Source: an uncultured Ardenticatenales bacterium (GTDB taxonomy: Bacteria > Chloroflexota > Anaerolineae > Ardenticatenales > JAADHH01). Taken from it: a stretch of 56,875 nt of DNA. The notes beneath the pieces were generated by a model. The model made no database searches and had not been told where the DNA came from. It worked only from the letters and a program-made list of their open reading frames with translations. Position 1 is the first letter of the stretch. Each line of letters begins with the position of its first letter. Shown here in pieces: positions 7,609 through 16,933 of this stretch. The translations under genes were made by a program, and so were the position numbers. Where the stretch lies: assembly GCA_964508275.1 (NCBI GenBank), contig CAZDTE010000001.1, forward strand, positions 26,941 through 83,815, in the 5' to 3' direction.

Positions 7609-8880
7609 ATGAAAGAGCTATCCCACGTTCGGAGGGTTCTGGTTTGGGGTTCGTTGGTGCTCATTCTGTCCCTTCCGCTCAAGGCTGATGCCGGCAGTCC
7701 CATCGATGGCTCACTGGTCATCTCGGCAGACTCCGAGCAAGAGGTGCAACCGAGCATCGCCTACAACAGCCAGCGCCAGGAGTACCTGGTGGTTTGGTAC
7801 AACGACCGCGCAGGGTGCGACGACGTCCGGGCCCGGCGGGTATCGCGAACAGGCGACTTGTTGGGCAGCCCCTTTTACGTCTCTGCTGGCTGTCCGGCCG
7901 ACCGCCGCTATCCGGATGTAGCCTACAACAGTGCCCATGACCAGTACCTGGTCGTCTGGGAACAGCACGAAGCGGCCAGTGGGAACAGCATCAAGGCCCG
8001 GCGTGTCTCCGGCACCGGGCAGGTGCTGGACACGACGGATATCCCCATCCGCAGCGCGGGCTACAATACCTACACGCCGGTCAAGCCGGCCGTATCCTAC
8101 GCTTCCACGTCCGATCGCTACCTGGTGGTCTGGGCAGAGACGTGGCATCCGCTGCCCATCATCCACGACGTTTTTGGCCAGGTGGTGACCCAGTCCGGCG
8201 CCCTCGAAGGCAGCCGCTTCACCATTTCCGAGGGCACGGGCAACGATGTTCGCGATGAACCGGATGTGGCCTACAACCGCCATGCCAACCGCTACATAGT
8301 TGTGTGGCAACAAAAAGCCGGCAGCCTGTGGGATATCCACGGCCAGCAGGTGCATGGCGGTGGCGGCCTGTACCAGGGGGACATCACCATCGCCTACTAC
8401 ACGATCAGCAGCACAGCACCGGCCGTGGCTGCCATCCCCACCACGCCCAGCAACTACAAGTTCTTGGTAGTCTGGGAGGCCAACCTCCCCACTCACCGGG
8501 ACATCTACGGACGCGTGATCGAAGAGGGTGGCACGCTGGCCCCTACAGAGTTGCTCATCGCTTGGACCGGTGTCGATCAGTCCGCGCCAGCCGTGGCCGG
8601 CAACGAGAGCGGCGACCGCTACCTGGTGACCTGGCGGCAGTCACAAGGCGTGGTGGATGTGCCCATCTATGGCCGGTCCATCGCCTACGATGGGACATTT
8701 CAGGATGTCTTCCACATCGGTGGGCCGGCCACGGATTTCCCGGCGGTGGCTGCCGGCGCAACCGGTGATTTCTTTGTGGCCTGGCAGGATCAGCCGGTAT
8801 GGGCGACCAACACGAACCTTTACGGGCAGTTGTGGGGCAATCGAGTGTACCTTCTGCCACTGCTGCGCAATGCGCCGTAG
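7609..8880 (+). CDS. Secreted protein with seven approximately 50-aa repeats (propeller-like); family unknown
   Basis: AAGGAGG lies 6 nt before ATG 7609. Signal-peptide-like N-terminus (VLVWGSLVLILSLPLKADA). Seven repeats are marked by P-x-VAYN...(Y/F)LVVW...G: EYLVVW, QYLVVW, RYLVVW, RYIVVW, KFLVVW, RYLVTW, DFFVAW. Confidence 0.8.
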   Translation: MKELSHVRRVLVWGSLVLILSLPLKADAGSPIDGSLVISADSEQEVQPSIAYNSQRQEYLVVWYNDRAGCDDVRARRVSRTGDLLGSPFYVSAGCPADRRYPDVAYNSAHDQYLVVWEQHEAASGNSIKARRVSGTGQVLDTTDIPIRSAGYNTYTPVKPAVSYASTSDRYLVVWAETWHPLPIIHDVFGQVVTQSGALEGSRFTISEGTGNDVRDEPDVAYNRHANRYIVVWQQKAGSLWDIHGQQVHGGGGLYQGDITIAYYTISSTAPAVAAIPTTPSNYKFLVVWEANLPTHRDIYGRVIEEGGTLAPTELLIAWTGVDQSAPAVAGNESGDRYLVTWRQSQGVVDVPIYGRSIAYDGTFQDVFHIGGPATDFPAVAAGATGDFFVAWQDQPVWATNTNLYGQLWGNRVYLLPLLRNAP

Positions 8881-9025
8881 GGGTGTTCCCGGAAACTGAA
8901 GCATTGCGTTGCAGATCGTGCTGCTGGGCGACCGAAAGTCTCTGCTGAAGCGGCGTCGCCCCCAGCGGGGGTACAGCTCCATAGCCAGCCAACCTGCCCG
9001 CTCTCTCTGCGATCCGCCTGCTTGA

Positions 9026-9054
9026 TTGACAATTGGCTGGGTTTGCCGTATAAT
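9026..9054 (+). promoter_or_regulatory. Perfect-consensus promoter TTGACA-N17-TATAAT for the mgtE leader
   Basis: -35 at 9026-9031, 17-nt spacer, -10 at 9049-9054. Confidence 0.65.
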
Positions 9055-9060
9055 GGGGCA

Positions 9061-9276
9061 CGAGTACAGACGCAAGAGAGGTAACGGTGGACAGCGAAGC
9101 TTCTGATAGCTCTAAACACAGAGCACAACACAAGCGGTTAGATCAAGTCATCCGGTCAGCGGATCTGCGTGGTCGCCCTATGCGGGGATGGAGGGTGTCC
9201 ACATAGACTCCTGATGTGACTTTGGCGTGCTCTCTGCCGGCCTCTCAACTTACAGTCCGAGAGGCCGGTTTTTGTT
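9061..9276 (+). promoter_or_regulatory. Structured 5' leader of mgtE ending in an intrinsic terminator; candidate Mg2+ riboswitch (M-box-like, unverified)
   Basis: About 215 nt lie between the consensus promoter and a terminator, directly upstream of mgtE. Loose resemblance to the M-box segments I remember (GUUAG..., GAUcUGCgUGgUcGCCC, UGUCCAcAuAGAC). Confidence 0.4.
9237..9276 (+). terminator. Intrinsic terminator inside the mgtE leader
   Basis: CCGGCCTCTC (9237-9246) pairs perfectly with GAGAGGCCGG (9259-9268) across a 12-nt loop, and TTTTTGTT follows. Confidence 0.7.
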
Positions 9277-9309
9277 GGCCAGGACACAGCGCTGGCAAGG
9301 AGGGAACCG

Positions 9310-10668
9310 ATGCTAGATCCTATACGGCTACGAGACCTGGAACGGAAACTGCTCGACCGCTACGAACGGGCAGCGACCGACGAAGCCTTCTCCCTGCTTC
9401 AGAACACCCACCCCGCCGACATCGCCGATCTCCTGGACGCCCTGGACGAAGAACCCCGGCTGTGGGTCTTTGGTCTGCTCGACGATCACGTGGCCAGCGA
9501 GGTGCTCGATGAAGCGCTAGACGAATCCACGCTGGACCTGGTCGAGGCGGCACCGAGCGAGCGCATCGCCGACCTGCTCGAAGAGCTGCCCATGGACGAT
9601 GCCGCCGAACTCCTCAGTGAGCTTCCGCCAGAGCAGGCGCAGGAACTGATCGCCCTGATGGAGCCGGAGGAGGCTCTGGAGGTGGCCGATCTCTTGCGGT
9701 ACGCCGATGATACGGCCGGCCGCCTGATGACCGAGAAGGTCGTGCGCATCCGCCGTCGCTGGACGGTGCAGGAAACCCTCAACTACCTGCGCACGGTGGA
9801 CCCGGAGACCGAAACCCTGGCCTACTTGTACGTGGTTGACGATGACGACTGCTTGGCCGGTGTGGTTCCCCTGCGCAGGCTGGTCACCGCCTTCCCGCAC
9901 GCGCTCGTACGCGACGTGATGCAGCCCGATGTTGTCCACGTGTCCGTGGACACGGACCAGGAAGAGGTGGCCCGCCTGGTCAGCCAGTACGACTATCTGG
10001 CCGTCCCGGTTGTTGACCGTCGCGGCCGGCTTGCCGGCGTCATCACCCACGACGATGTGGTAGATATTCTGCACGAGGAATTCACCGAGGACATCCAGCG
10101 CATCGGCGGCTCCCAGCCGCTCGAGCGGTCCTATTTCAGCGTCAGCATCGGCACGGTAGCGCGCAAGCGGATCGGCTGGTTGCTGCTGCTTTTTCTCACG
10201 GCAACGCTCACCGGTACGGTCATGCGCCTCTTCCAAAACGAACTGGACACGGTCGTGGCACTGACCTTCTTCGTGCCCCTACTCATCGGCACCGGCGGCA
10301 ACGCCGGCTCGCAAACGACGACGACGATCATCCGCGCGCTGGCCATCGGCGAGGTACGTATGCGCGATGCCCTGCGCGTACTGGTCCACGAGTTTAGTGT
10401 GGGGCTGCTGCTCGGACTCGGCATGGCGGTCGTAGCCTACGCCCGCGCCGTCACCTGGGGAACCGGCATTGCTGTCGCCATCGCCGTCGCTGTCAGCATC
10501 CTGGCAATCGTGCTCTGGGCCACCAGCGTGGGGTCGTTGCTCCCACTGCTGGCCGCCCGGCTCGGAATTGACCCGACGGTCGTATCCGGCCCTGCTATGA
10601 GCACGCTGGTAGACGCTACCGGCCTGTTCATCTACTTCAGCATCGCCCGACTCGTGTTGCGCATGTGA
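9310..10668 (+). CDS. mgtE: Magnesium transporter MgtE
   Basis: Acidic MgtE_N domain, CBS pair, and a C-terminal TM domain with the LLIGTGGNAGSQTTT motif. AAGGAGGG precedes the ATG. Confidence 0.92.
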   Translation: MLDPIRLRDLERKLLDRYERAATDEAFSLLQNTHPADIADLLDALDEEPRLWVFGLLDDHVASEVLDEALDESTLDLVEAAPSERIADLLEELPMDDAAELLSELPPEQAQELIALMEPEEALEVADLLRYADDTAGRLMTEKVVRIRRRWTVQETLNYLRTVDPETETLAYLYVVDDDDCLAGVVPLRRLVTAFPHALVRDVMQPDVVHVSVDTDQEEVARLVSQYDYLAVPVVDRRGRLAGVITHDDVVDILHEEFTEDIQRIGGSQPLERSYFSVSIGTVARKRIGWLLLLFLTATLTGTVMRLFQNELDTVVALTFFVPLLIGTGGNAGSQTTTTIIRALAIGEVRMRDALRVLVHEFSVGLLLGLGMAVVAYARAVTWGTGIAVAIAVAVSILAIVLWATSVGSLLPLLAARLGIDPTVVSGPAMSTLVDATGLFIYFSIARLVLRM

Positions 10669-10729
10669 ATTCACGTCACCGGCGCGGCTCACACGTGCGG
10701 CCCGGGGCAAGCGCTCACCGTGCGAAGAG

Positions 10730-10758
10730 TTGCTCGCCGTTTTCACCTGTGGTATAAT
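10730..10758 (+). promoter_or_regulatory. Promoter TTGCTC-N17-TATAAT with TG extension, upstream of glgA
   Basis: -35 at 10730-10735, 17-nt spacer ending in TGTGG, -10 at 10753-10758. Confidence 0.5.
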
Positions 10759-10894
10759 CCGACGGGGCAGCGATTCGCTCGATTTGAGCGCGGCTGCGCG
10801 CATTACCTAGGATGAAAATGGCGCGCTGGACGGTGGACAATGCACGGTCGCTCGTCGTCGGTTGCCCATGGATGTCTGTTTTCATGACAGCAAC

Positions 10895-12334
10895 ATGAAG
10901 ATCCTGTATCTCTCCGCAGAAGTCTCACCGTTGGCGAAGGCCGGCGGCCTGGCGGACGTGGCCGGCTCGCTGCCCTCCGCGCTACACGCGTTGGGCCACG
11001 ACGTACGCGTCGTCATGCCCGCCTACGGCTTCATCGACCACACGCGATTCGCCTTGCAACCGATCCTAGACCGGGTCCGTCTGTCGTTTGCCGGCGGCGC
11101 AGGAGATGCCGCCATACTGCAGGGCACGATTGGCGATGGCACGCCGCTTTACCTGGTGGATCAACCCGCTTACTTCGATCGCGACAACATCTACGGGTAT
11201 GATGACGATGCGGAGCGCTTCCTCTTCTTCTGCCGGGGAGCCCTGGAAGCAGCGAGAGCACTGGGATGGCGACCCGACGTCGTTCACGGCAACGACTGGC
11301 ACACAGGCGCTGTGCCCCTTTGGTTATCAACGGCCAGCCAGAGCGATCCGCTCTACGCTGAAACCGCTACCGTCCACACGATCCACAACCTGGCCTACCA
11401 GGGAGTCTTCCCCGCCTCTGTGTGGCGCATGACTGGAGAGCAGGCCCCAACCCTCACCGCAACCGTCAACTTCATGGCTCTGGGCATCCGCCATGCCGAC
11501 GTGGTGACCACGGTCAGTCCCACGTATGCACGCGAGATCCTCACGCCCGACCGGGGCGAGGGGCTGGAACACCTGTTGGCGACCCGCCACGACCGGCTGC
11601 GGGGCATTCTGAATGGATTGGATACGGCCGCCTTCGACCCGGCCACCGATTCCGCCCTCGTCCAACGATTCGACGCCGACCACCTGGAAGCCCGGCAAAC
11701 GAACAAGAGTGCGCTGCAAACCGAAGCCGGCTTGCCGGTCGGTGACCAGTTCGCGTTGGGCATGGTCTCCCGCCTCGCCAGCCAAAAAGGGTTCGACATC
11801 TTGATCGCTGCGCTGGACCGGCTGATCCCCGAAACGGACGCCCAGTTTGTGCTGTTGGGTACCGGCGACCGCGAGTACGCCAACCGGCTGAGAGCGTTGG
11901 CCAGGCAATACCCGCAACAAGTCGCCGTGTTTCTCTCCTTCGATTCCATCCTGGCCCAGCACATCTACGCTGGCTGCGATGCGTTTCTGATGCCGTCGCG
12001 CTACGAGCCCTGCGGCCTGGGACAACTCATTGCCTTGCGCTACGGCGCGGTGCCGATCGTGCGGGCCACCGGCGGCCTGATCGACACGGTACGCGATTTC
12101 GACGAGGCAGCCGGCAACGGCTTCGTCTTTCGCGCATACGACGCCGAGGCATTTCTCGGTGCTATTCACCGCGCTCACGAAGCCTACCGGAATCCCGGTA
12201 ACTGGCACGCCTTGCAACAACGAGGCATGAGGGAAGACTTCTCGTGGGATGCCTCGGCCAGTCAGTACGTCGCGGCCTATGCGGAGGCTATCGAAGCGAG
12301 CCACGGATCGGCAGAATCTGCGCCCATCCCGTGA
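10895..12334 (+). CDS. glgA: Glycogen synthase (ADP-glucose type, GT5)
   Basis: The ORF track starts at TTG 10862; homology begins at ATG 10895: MKILYLSAEVSPLAKAGGLADVAGSLPSAL (KxGGL motif). The C-terminal part MPSRYEPCGLGQLIALRYGAVPIV also fits. Confidence 0.9.
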   Translation: MKILYLSAEVSPLAKAGGLADVAGSLPSALHALGHDVRVVMPAYGFIDHTRFALQPILDRVRLSFAGGAGDAAILQGTIGDGTPLYLVDQPAYFDRDNIYGYDDDAERFLFFCRGALEAARALGWRPDVVHGNDWHTGAVPLWLSTASQSDPLYAETATVHTIHNLAYQGVFPASVWRMTGEQAPTLTATVNFMALGIRHADVVTTVSPTYAREILTPDRGEGLEHLLATRHDRLRGILNGLDTAAFDPATDSALVQRFDADHLEARQTNKSALQTEAGLPVGDQFALGMVSRLASQKGFDILIAALDRLIPETDAQFVLLGTGDREYANRLRALARQYPQQVAVFLSFDSILAQHIYAGCDAFLMPSRYEPCGLGQLIALRYGAVPIVRATGGLIDTVRDFDEAAGNGFVFRAYDAEAFLGAIHRAHEAYRNPGNWHALQQRGMREDFSWDASASQYVAAYAEAIEASHGSAESAPIP

Positions 12335-12462
12335 CTGTCAATGAAACAATGCGCCGCCTCTGGGCTCGGTCGGGAGTCCGCCTGCCCTTCGGGCAGACCT
12401 CAGCGAGAGAGCAGAGCGGTCTTCATCCCTGGCGGTGCGGTGCGCGCACTGCTGGGCACGGC

Positions 12463-13104
12463 CTAGTGGGCTTCAGTCTGCCACACCGCCAACGCGGTGA
12501 CCAGGAAGCCGGAGACCATCAACGGAACACCCCAACCGAGAGCAACCGGCCGGCCGTACAGGCCATCAAGCAGCGGCTTGAGCTGCGCAAACTCCCACAG
12601 CGGCAGGGCGATGCCGGCCAACGCGATCCCCACACCGAATGTCCGCCATGCCGGCCCGCGCGTCACGAAGCCGAGCGGGCCGGCCACGAAGGCAACGGCG
12701 CACGCCATCATGCCCACCAGAGCGAGCACCGTTTGCCCACGGAACTCCGCGGAGAACAGCACCGGCACGCGGTAGGGAAAAGGCGGCAGCAACGTGAACG
12801 CCATCCAAAGCCCGGTCGCGCTCGCCAATCCATGCGCCAGCAGGGGCCTTCGTTTCCCGCCGCGTACGACGGCCAACGCCAACAACAAGGCGGCGGCCGC
12901 AGGCGGAACCCAGAGCGCTTCGCGAACCCCGGCCAGCGTCCCCGAACGAAACTCCGTCGTGAACTTGACGAACTCCGCAAGATCGAAGCCGATCAGCACC
13001 AGCGATGGCGACTTGTGGTTCACCCAGGGGGCCCAATAGCCGGCCAGCACCAATAGCGCACCGACCCAGGTCCACACGAGGCTACTCCTGGCAAATCGTC
13101 GCAT
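12463..13104 (-). CDS. Hypothetical polytopic membrane protein
   Basis: 213-aa ORF with about six hydrophobic segments and coding-like composition. I do not recognise a family. Confidence 0.6.
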   Translation of the reverse strand: MRRFARSSLVWTWVGALLVLAGYWAPWVNHKSPSLVLIGFDLAEFVKFTTEFRSGTLAGVREALWVPPAAAALLLALAVVRGGKRRPLLAHGLASATGLWMAFTLLPPFPYRVPVLFSAEFRGQTVLALVGMMACAVAFVAGPLGFVTRGPAWRTFGVGIALAGIALPLWEFAQLKPLLDGLYGRPVALGWGVPLMVSGFLVTALAVWQTEAH

Positions 13105-13170
13105 GACTCCTCAAGTCAATCCTGGGCGCACTGTTTTCATTACGGCGTGCCGGGACGTGTGCTCGCTGGC

Positions 13171-13638
13171 TCATCTCTGCTTCATCGCCAGACGATGCGC
13201 GCGTCGTTCCTCCGCCTCGGCCCAGCAGCGTTGCTCTTCCTCCGTCTCCAGGAGCAAGCGTGGCACCGGCACCGGCCGGCCCGCAGAATCCAGCGCCACG
13301 TAAACGGCGTAGGCCGAGTTGGTGTGCGTAATCTCACCGGTCAACGGGTTCTCGGCTTCCACGCACACCTCCACCTCCATCGAGGTGCGCCCGACCCAGT
13401 TCAAATGGGCGCGCAGGGTGACCAGGTTCCCAACGAAGACCGGCGAAAGGAACGTGACAGAGTCAATCTCGGCGGTGACCACGAAGGTGCGCGCGTGGCG
13501 CGTGGCGCACATGCCCGCTGCCGTATCGATCAGCTTCATGATCGTACCGCCGTGGACGTTGCCCTGTGGGTTCGCGTCGGTGGGCAGCATCAACTGTGCC
13601 AGCACGACCTCCGAATCTTGGACACGCTTTTCAGTCAT
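13171..13638 (-). CDS. Acyl-CoA thioesterase (hotdog fold, YciA/BFIT-like)
   Basis: LMLPTDANPQGNVHGGTIMKLIDTAAG...VTAEIDSVTFLSPVFVGNLV is typical of this family. Confidence 0.85.
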   Translation of the reverse strand: MTEKRVQDSEVVLAQLMLPTDANPQGNVHGGTIMKLIDTAAGMCATRHARTFVVTAEIDSVTFLSPVFVGNLVTLRAHLNWVGRTSMEVEVCVEAENPLTGEITHTNSAYAVYVALDSAGRPVPVPRLLLETEEEQRCWAEAEERRAHRLAMKQR

Positions 13639-14788
13639 GATTGATCTCCTTAGCCGCCTGCCGATAAACGCTCAGCACCCGGCGAGCCGCCTCGTCCCAT
13701 GAGAAGTGCCGAGCTTGCTCTGGCCCGCGATTCGAGAGCAACCGGCGCAGGGTTTCGTCATCGAGCACCCGATGGATGGCGCGGGCGATGTCGGCCACGT
13801 CGTGCGGATCGCAGTAGACGGCAACGTCGCCGGCCACCTCCGGCAGCGAGGACACGTTCGACGTAACGACCGGCGTGCCACAGGCCAATGCTTCCAGCAC
13901 CGGCAACCCGAATCCTTCGTAAAGCGAGGGGTACACGAGACAAGTCGCCATGCTGAGCAGCGCCGGCAAGTCCTTGTCCGGCACGTAACCGAGGAAGCGA
14001 GTGTGCTGACCAATCTCAAGATCGTCTACCAACCGGAAGACCCCGTCCATCAGCCAGCCGACATCCCCAGAGAATGCAAGGGGAGGAACGGTGGCCTCAT
14101 CCGGGCCGTCGATCCAGAGATGGGCGTAGGCGCGGATCAGGCGATCGAGGTTCTTCCGGGGCTCCAGAGTCCCCAAGGCCAGGATAAAGGGGCCGGTCAG
14201 GCCGTATCGATCGCGCACGCGCAGCCGAGTCTCCTTGTCCTGCACCGGCCGGAACCGGGAATCGACCCCCGGATAGACGACGGCCACCTTGTGTTCGGGC
14301 AGGTCGAACAGGTCAAGAAGATCGTGGCGCGTGTTCTGCGAATCGGCCAGGACGATGTCGGCGCGGCGGGCGGATCGCGGGACGGCGGCGGTCAGGTAGC
14401 GCCGCTGTGCCGGGTCGGCGCACTCCGGCACGCGCACGAAGCTGAGGTCGTGCACGGTGAGCACGCCCTGCGCGCGCCGCAGGGGAGGGAGGGTGAAATC
14501 GGGCGAGTGGAACACGTCAACCGGGCCGGTGAGCAGCTCGGCCCAGAGGGGAATTCGCAGGCGGTACCACAGCCAGATCAACATACGCTCGGTCAGCGGA
14601 AGGCGGACCAGCCGGCTGCGCGGCGGCACATCCTCGGCCGGCGGCGGCCCCCCGGCATCCCGCGCCCAGCAGATGACGTACTCGTTTTCGCCATCCAGGC
14701 GGGCCAGGCCACGCACTAGCTCACGCACGTAGCGCCCGATGCCTGCGCCCTGGTGGAGTGCGGCCGTGTAGTCAATGGCTACGCGCAC
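13631..14788 (-). CDS. Glycosyltransferase family 4
   Basis: MRVAIDYTAALHQGAGIGRYVRELVRGL... together with the C-terminal LVYPSLYEGFGLPVLEALACGTPVVTSNVSSLPEV (E-x7-E region). Confidence 0.85.
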   Translation of the reverse strand: MRVAIDYTAALHQGAGIGRYVRELVRGLARLDGENEYVICWARDAGGPPPAEDVPPRSRLVRLPLTERMLIWLWYRLRIPLWAELLTGPVDVFHSPDFTLPPLRRAQGVLTVHDLSFVRVPECADPAQRRYLTAAVPRSARRADIVLADSQNTRHDLLDLFDLPEHKVAVVYPGVDSRFRPVQDKETRLRVRDRYGLTGPFILALGTLEPRKNLDRLIRAYAHLWIDGPDEATVPPLAFSGDVGWLMDGVFRLVDDLEIGQHTRFLGYVPDKDLPALLSMATCLVYPSLYEGFGLPVLEALACGTPVVTSNVSSLPEVAGDVAVYCDPHDVADIARAIHRVLDDETLRRLLSNRGPEQARHFSWDEAARRVLSVYRQAAKEINHD

Positions 14789-14827
14789 GCTGGCTCCTCC
14801 GACAGCGGTTCAGCAGGCGTTCTGGAC

Positions 14828-15715
14828 TCATCCATCGACAGACGCGGTAGGCCGGCTTTCGGCCCCCGCATCCGGACGGATGTGCACATCGAGTTGTGGG
14901 GCGGGCATGGCGATCCCTTCCCTCTCGAATGCCACCTTGATCCGCCGTCGCAACTCGCGCCCGACTCGCCACTGTCCACCGGGCTGTGTCTTGACCATCA
15001 GCCTCATGGTAATCGCCGAATCGTCGAACTCGAGGGGCCCGACCGCCGATGGTTCCCCCAGCAGCACGCGGCTCATAGCCTCGTCTTTGCTCAATCCCTG
15101 GCCCACCTGCTCCAAGACAGCCATGACCCGGTCGAGGTCGGCTCCGTACTCGACGCCCACATCCACAACCGCCCGTGCCCAATCCTTGGTCAGATTGGCG
15201 AGGACGCGAATCTCGCCGTTAGGGACGACGTGTACCGCGCCGTTGACGTCGCGAACGAAGGTGGCCCGCAGCGTCATCCTCTCGACCGTGCCACTGGTAT
15301 CCCCGACCCGGATCGAGTCGCCGACGGCGAACTGGTTTTCCAGCAGGATGAAGAAGCCGGAGATCACATCTTTGACCAGCGATTGTGCCCCGAATCCGAC
15401 GGCCAGCCCGACCAGGCCCATGCCGGCGATGATCGGTCCTATATCCAACCCCAACTCACGCATGATCATGGTGCCGGCGATCACGGCAACCAGGACAAAG
15501 ATGGTATTCCACAGGATTTGGCCGAGGGTTTGGGCCCGCTGTTCCACCTCGCTGACGGTGCCTGCGTCCTCGTCTTCGACCAGCTTCTCAACCCGGAGGA
15601 TGGTTATGCGGGCCAGGCGCAGGCTGAACCAGGCGGCGACGAGGATGAGGATGATGTGGGCCGCGCCGGGTATCACGCGGCCCTCGAACCAGCCCTGGAG
15701 TATCGCCCAATTCAT
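14828..15715 (-). CDS. Small-conductance mechanosensitive channel (MscS family)
   Basis: GLVGLAVGFGAQSLVKDVISGFFILLENQFAVGDSIRVGDTSGTVERMTLRAT is the MscS pore/beta-domain signature. Confidence 0.88.
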   Translation of the reverse strand: MNWAILQGWFEGRVIPGAAHIILILVAAWFSLRLARITILRVEKLVEDEDAGTVSEVEQRAQTLGQILWNTIFVLVAVIAGTMIMRELGLDIGPIIAGMGLVGLAVGFGAQSLVKDVISGFFILLENQFAVGDSIRVGDTSGTVERMTLRATFVRDVNGAVHVVPNGEIRVLANLTKDWARAVVDVGVEYGADLDRVMAVLEQVGQGLSKDEAMSRVLLGEPSAVGPLEFDDSAITMRLMVKTQPGGQWRVGRELRRRIKVAFEREGIAMPAPQLDVHIRPDAGAESRPTASVDG

Positions 15716-16899
15716 GGGGTAGCTTCGGTCGCCGTCCAGTCCATCACCCGCTCGCTGGAAAAGCCGTATTGCAACGGCAGATTGTCCACCTCCGTGCCGG
15801 CGAAGAGGGGGCGTTGGTTGCTACCGTCTGCGTTCATGATGTAGAACCGCCAGCGACCGTCGCGGTCGGTGACGAAGGCGATCTGCCGCCCGTCCGGCGA
15901 CCAGACCGGCGCAGCGCTGTTCGCAAGTCTGGCGGCTCCGATGGCATCGCCGAAGGTCAAACGCTGCCGGCCGCTGCCATCCGCGTTCATGACGTGGGTT
16001 TCGAGGTGGTCGTGCTGCCGGTAGGTGACGGCGATGCGCGTGCCGTCGGGCGAGACGCGCGGGTCGGTGTCGTTGATGTCCAACGTCACGCTGTTGATGT
16101 AAGGCAAGTGGACGTCCGCGCCCCCGAAGCTGTCGTCGCGCGCCGTCTTGTGCATCCCTTTGTCGCTGTCGTAGATGATCGTGTCGTTGTCGAGCCAGTC
16201 CGGGGAGAAGGAATGATCCCAGGAGAGGAGGTCGCGGAAGTTCCAGGTATCCGCCTCGATCAGGCCCAAATGCCAGCGGGCGTCCGGCCCGGCCGTCATA
16301 CAGAACTTTCTCCCGAAGAAGCTGAAGCACTGGCTGATATCGCCGTGGGTGGGGCCAACCTGGCGGGTAAAGACGATAGCCTTGCCGTCCAGTGACCAGA
16401 CGGGAGCCTTGGCAGAAGGCCAATCGAAGACACGCCAGGCGTACGAGCCATCAGCCCCGGCGACGTAGATGCCGCCGGGCGCGACCCAGTTGGCGTAGGC
16501 GATGCGCATGCCGTCGGGCGACCAGGCGGGGTCCAGCCCATCGGCGATGTGGCGCAGATCCGTACCGTCGGCGTTCACGGTGTAGATCGGCCCGCCGCTG
16601 GCGAGCTGGAACACCAGCCGGCCAGTCAGGCCGGCCGGCCCGCTCACTCGGACGGCAACCGTGCCGGGCGCGGGGATGGTGAGCACCTGTCCGGGGTAAA
16701 TCAGGTTCGGGTTGGCCAGGTCGTTGACCTGAGCGATGGCCCGGTAGTCCACGCCGTACTGCCTGGCGATGGTGCCCAGCGTGTCTCCCCGCTGCACGAC
16801 GTACGTCGTCGGCCCCTCGGCGGGCGGCGCGGCCAGAGCCACCGCCGGAAGCAGCATGACAAGGAACATAACCAGCAAAATGGCAAAACGTTTCTTCAT
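15712..16899 (-). CDS. Secreted LysM domain plus TolB-like (PD40/WD40-like) beta-propeller protein
   Basis: Signal peptide, then the LysM motif YVVQRGDTLGTIARQYGVDYRAIAQVNDLANPNLIYPGQVLTIP, then repeated (W)SPDG motifs. Confidence 0.85.
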   Translation of the reverse strand: MKKRFAILLVMFLVMLLPAVALAAPPAEGPTTYVVQRGDTLGTIARQYGVDYRAIAQVNDLANPNLIYPGQVLTIPAPGTVAVRVSGPAGLTGRLVFQLASGGPIYTVNADGTDLRHIADGLDPAWSPDGMRIAYANWVAPGGIYVAGADGSYAWRVFDWPSAKAPVWSLDGKAIVFTRQVGPTHGDISQCFSFFGRKFCMTAGPDARWHLGLIEADTWNFRDLLSWDHSFSPDWLDNDTIIYDSDKGMHKTARDDSFGGADVHLPYINSVTLDINDTDPRVSPDGTRIAVTYRQHDHLETHVMNADGSGRQRLTFGDAIGAARLANSAAPVWSPDGRQIAFVTDRDGRWRFYIMNADGSNQRPLFAGTEVDNLPLQYGFSSERVMDWTATEATP

Positions 16900-16933
16900 T
16901 TCAGGTCTCCATTCGTCATGTTCACGTCCCCAC

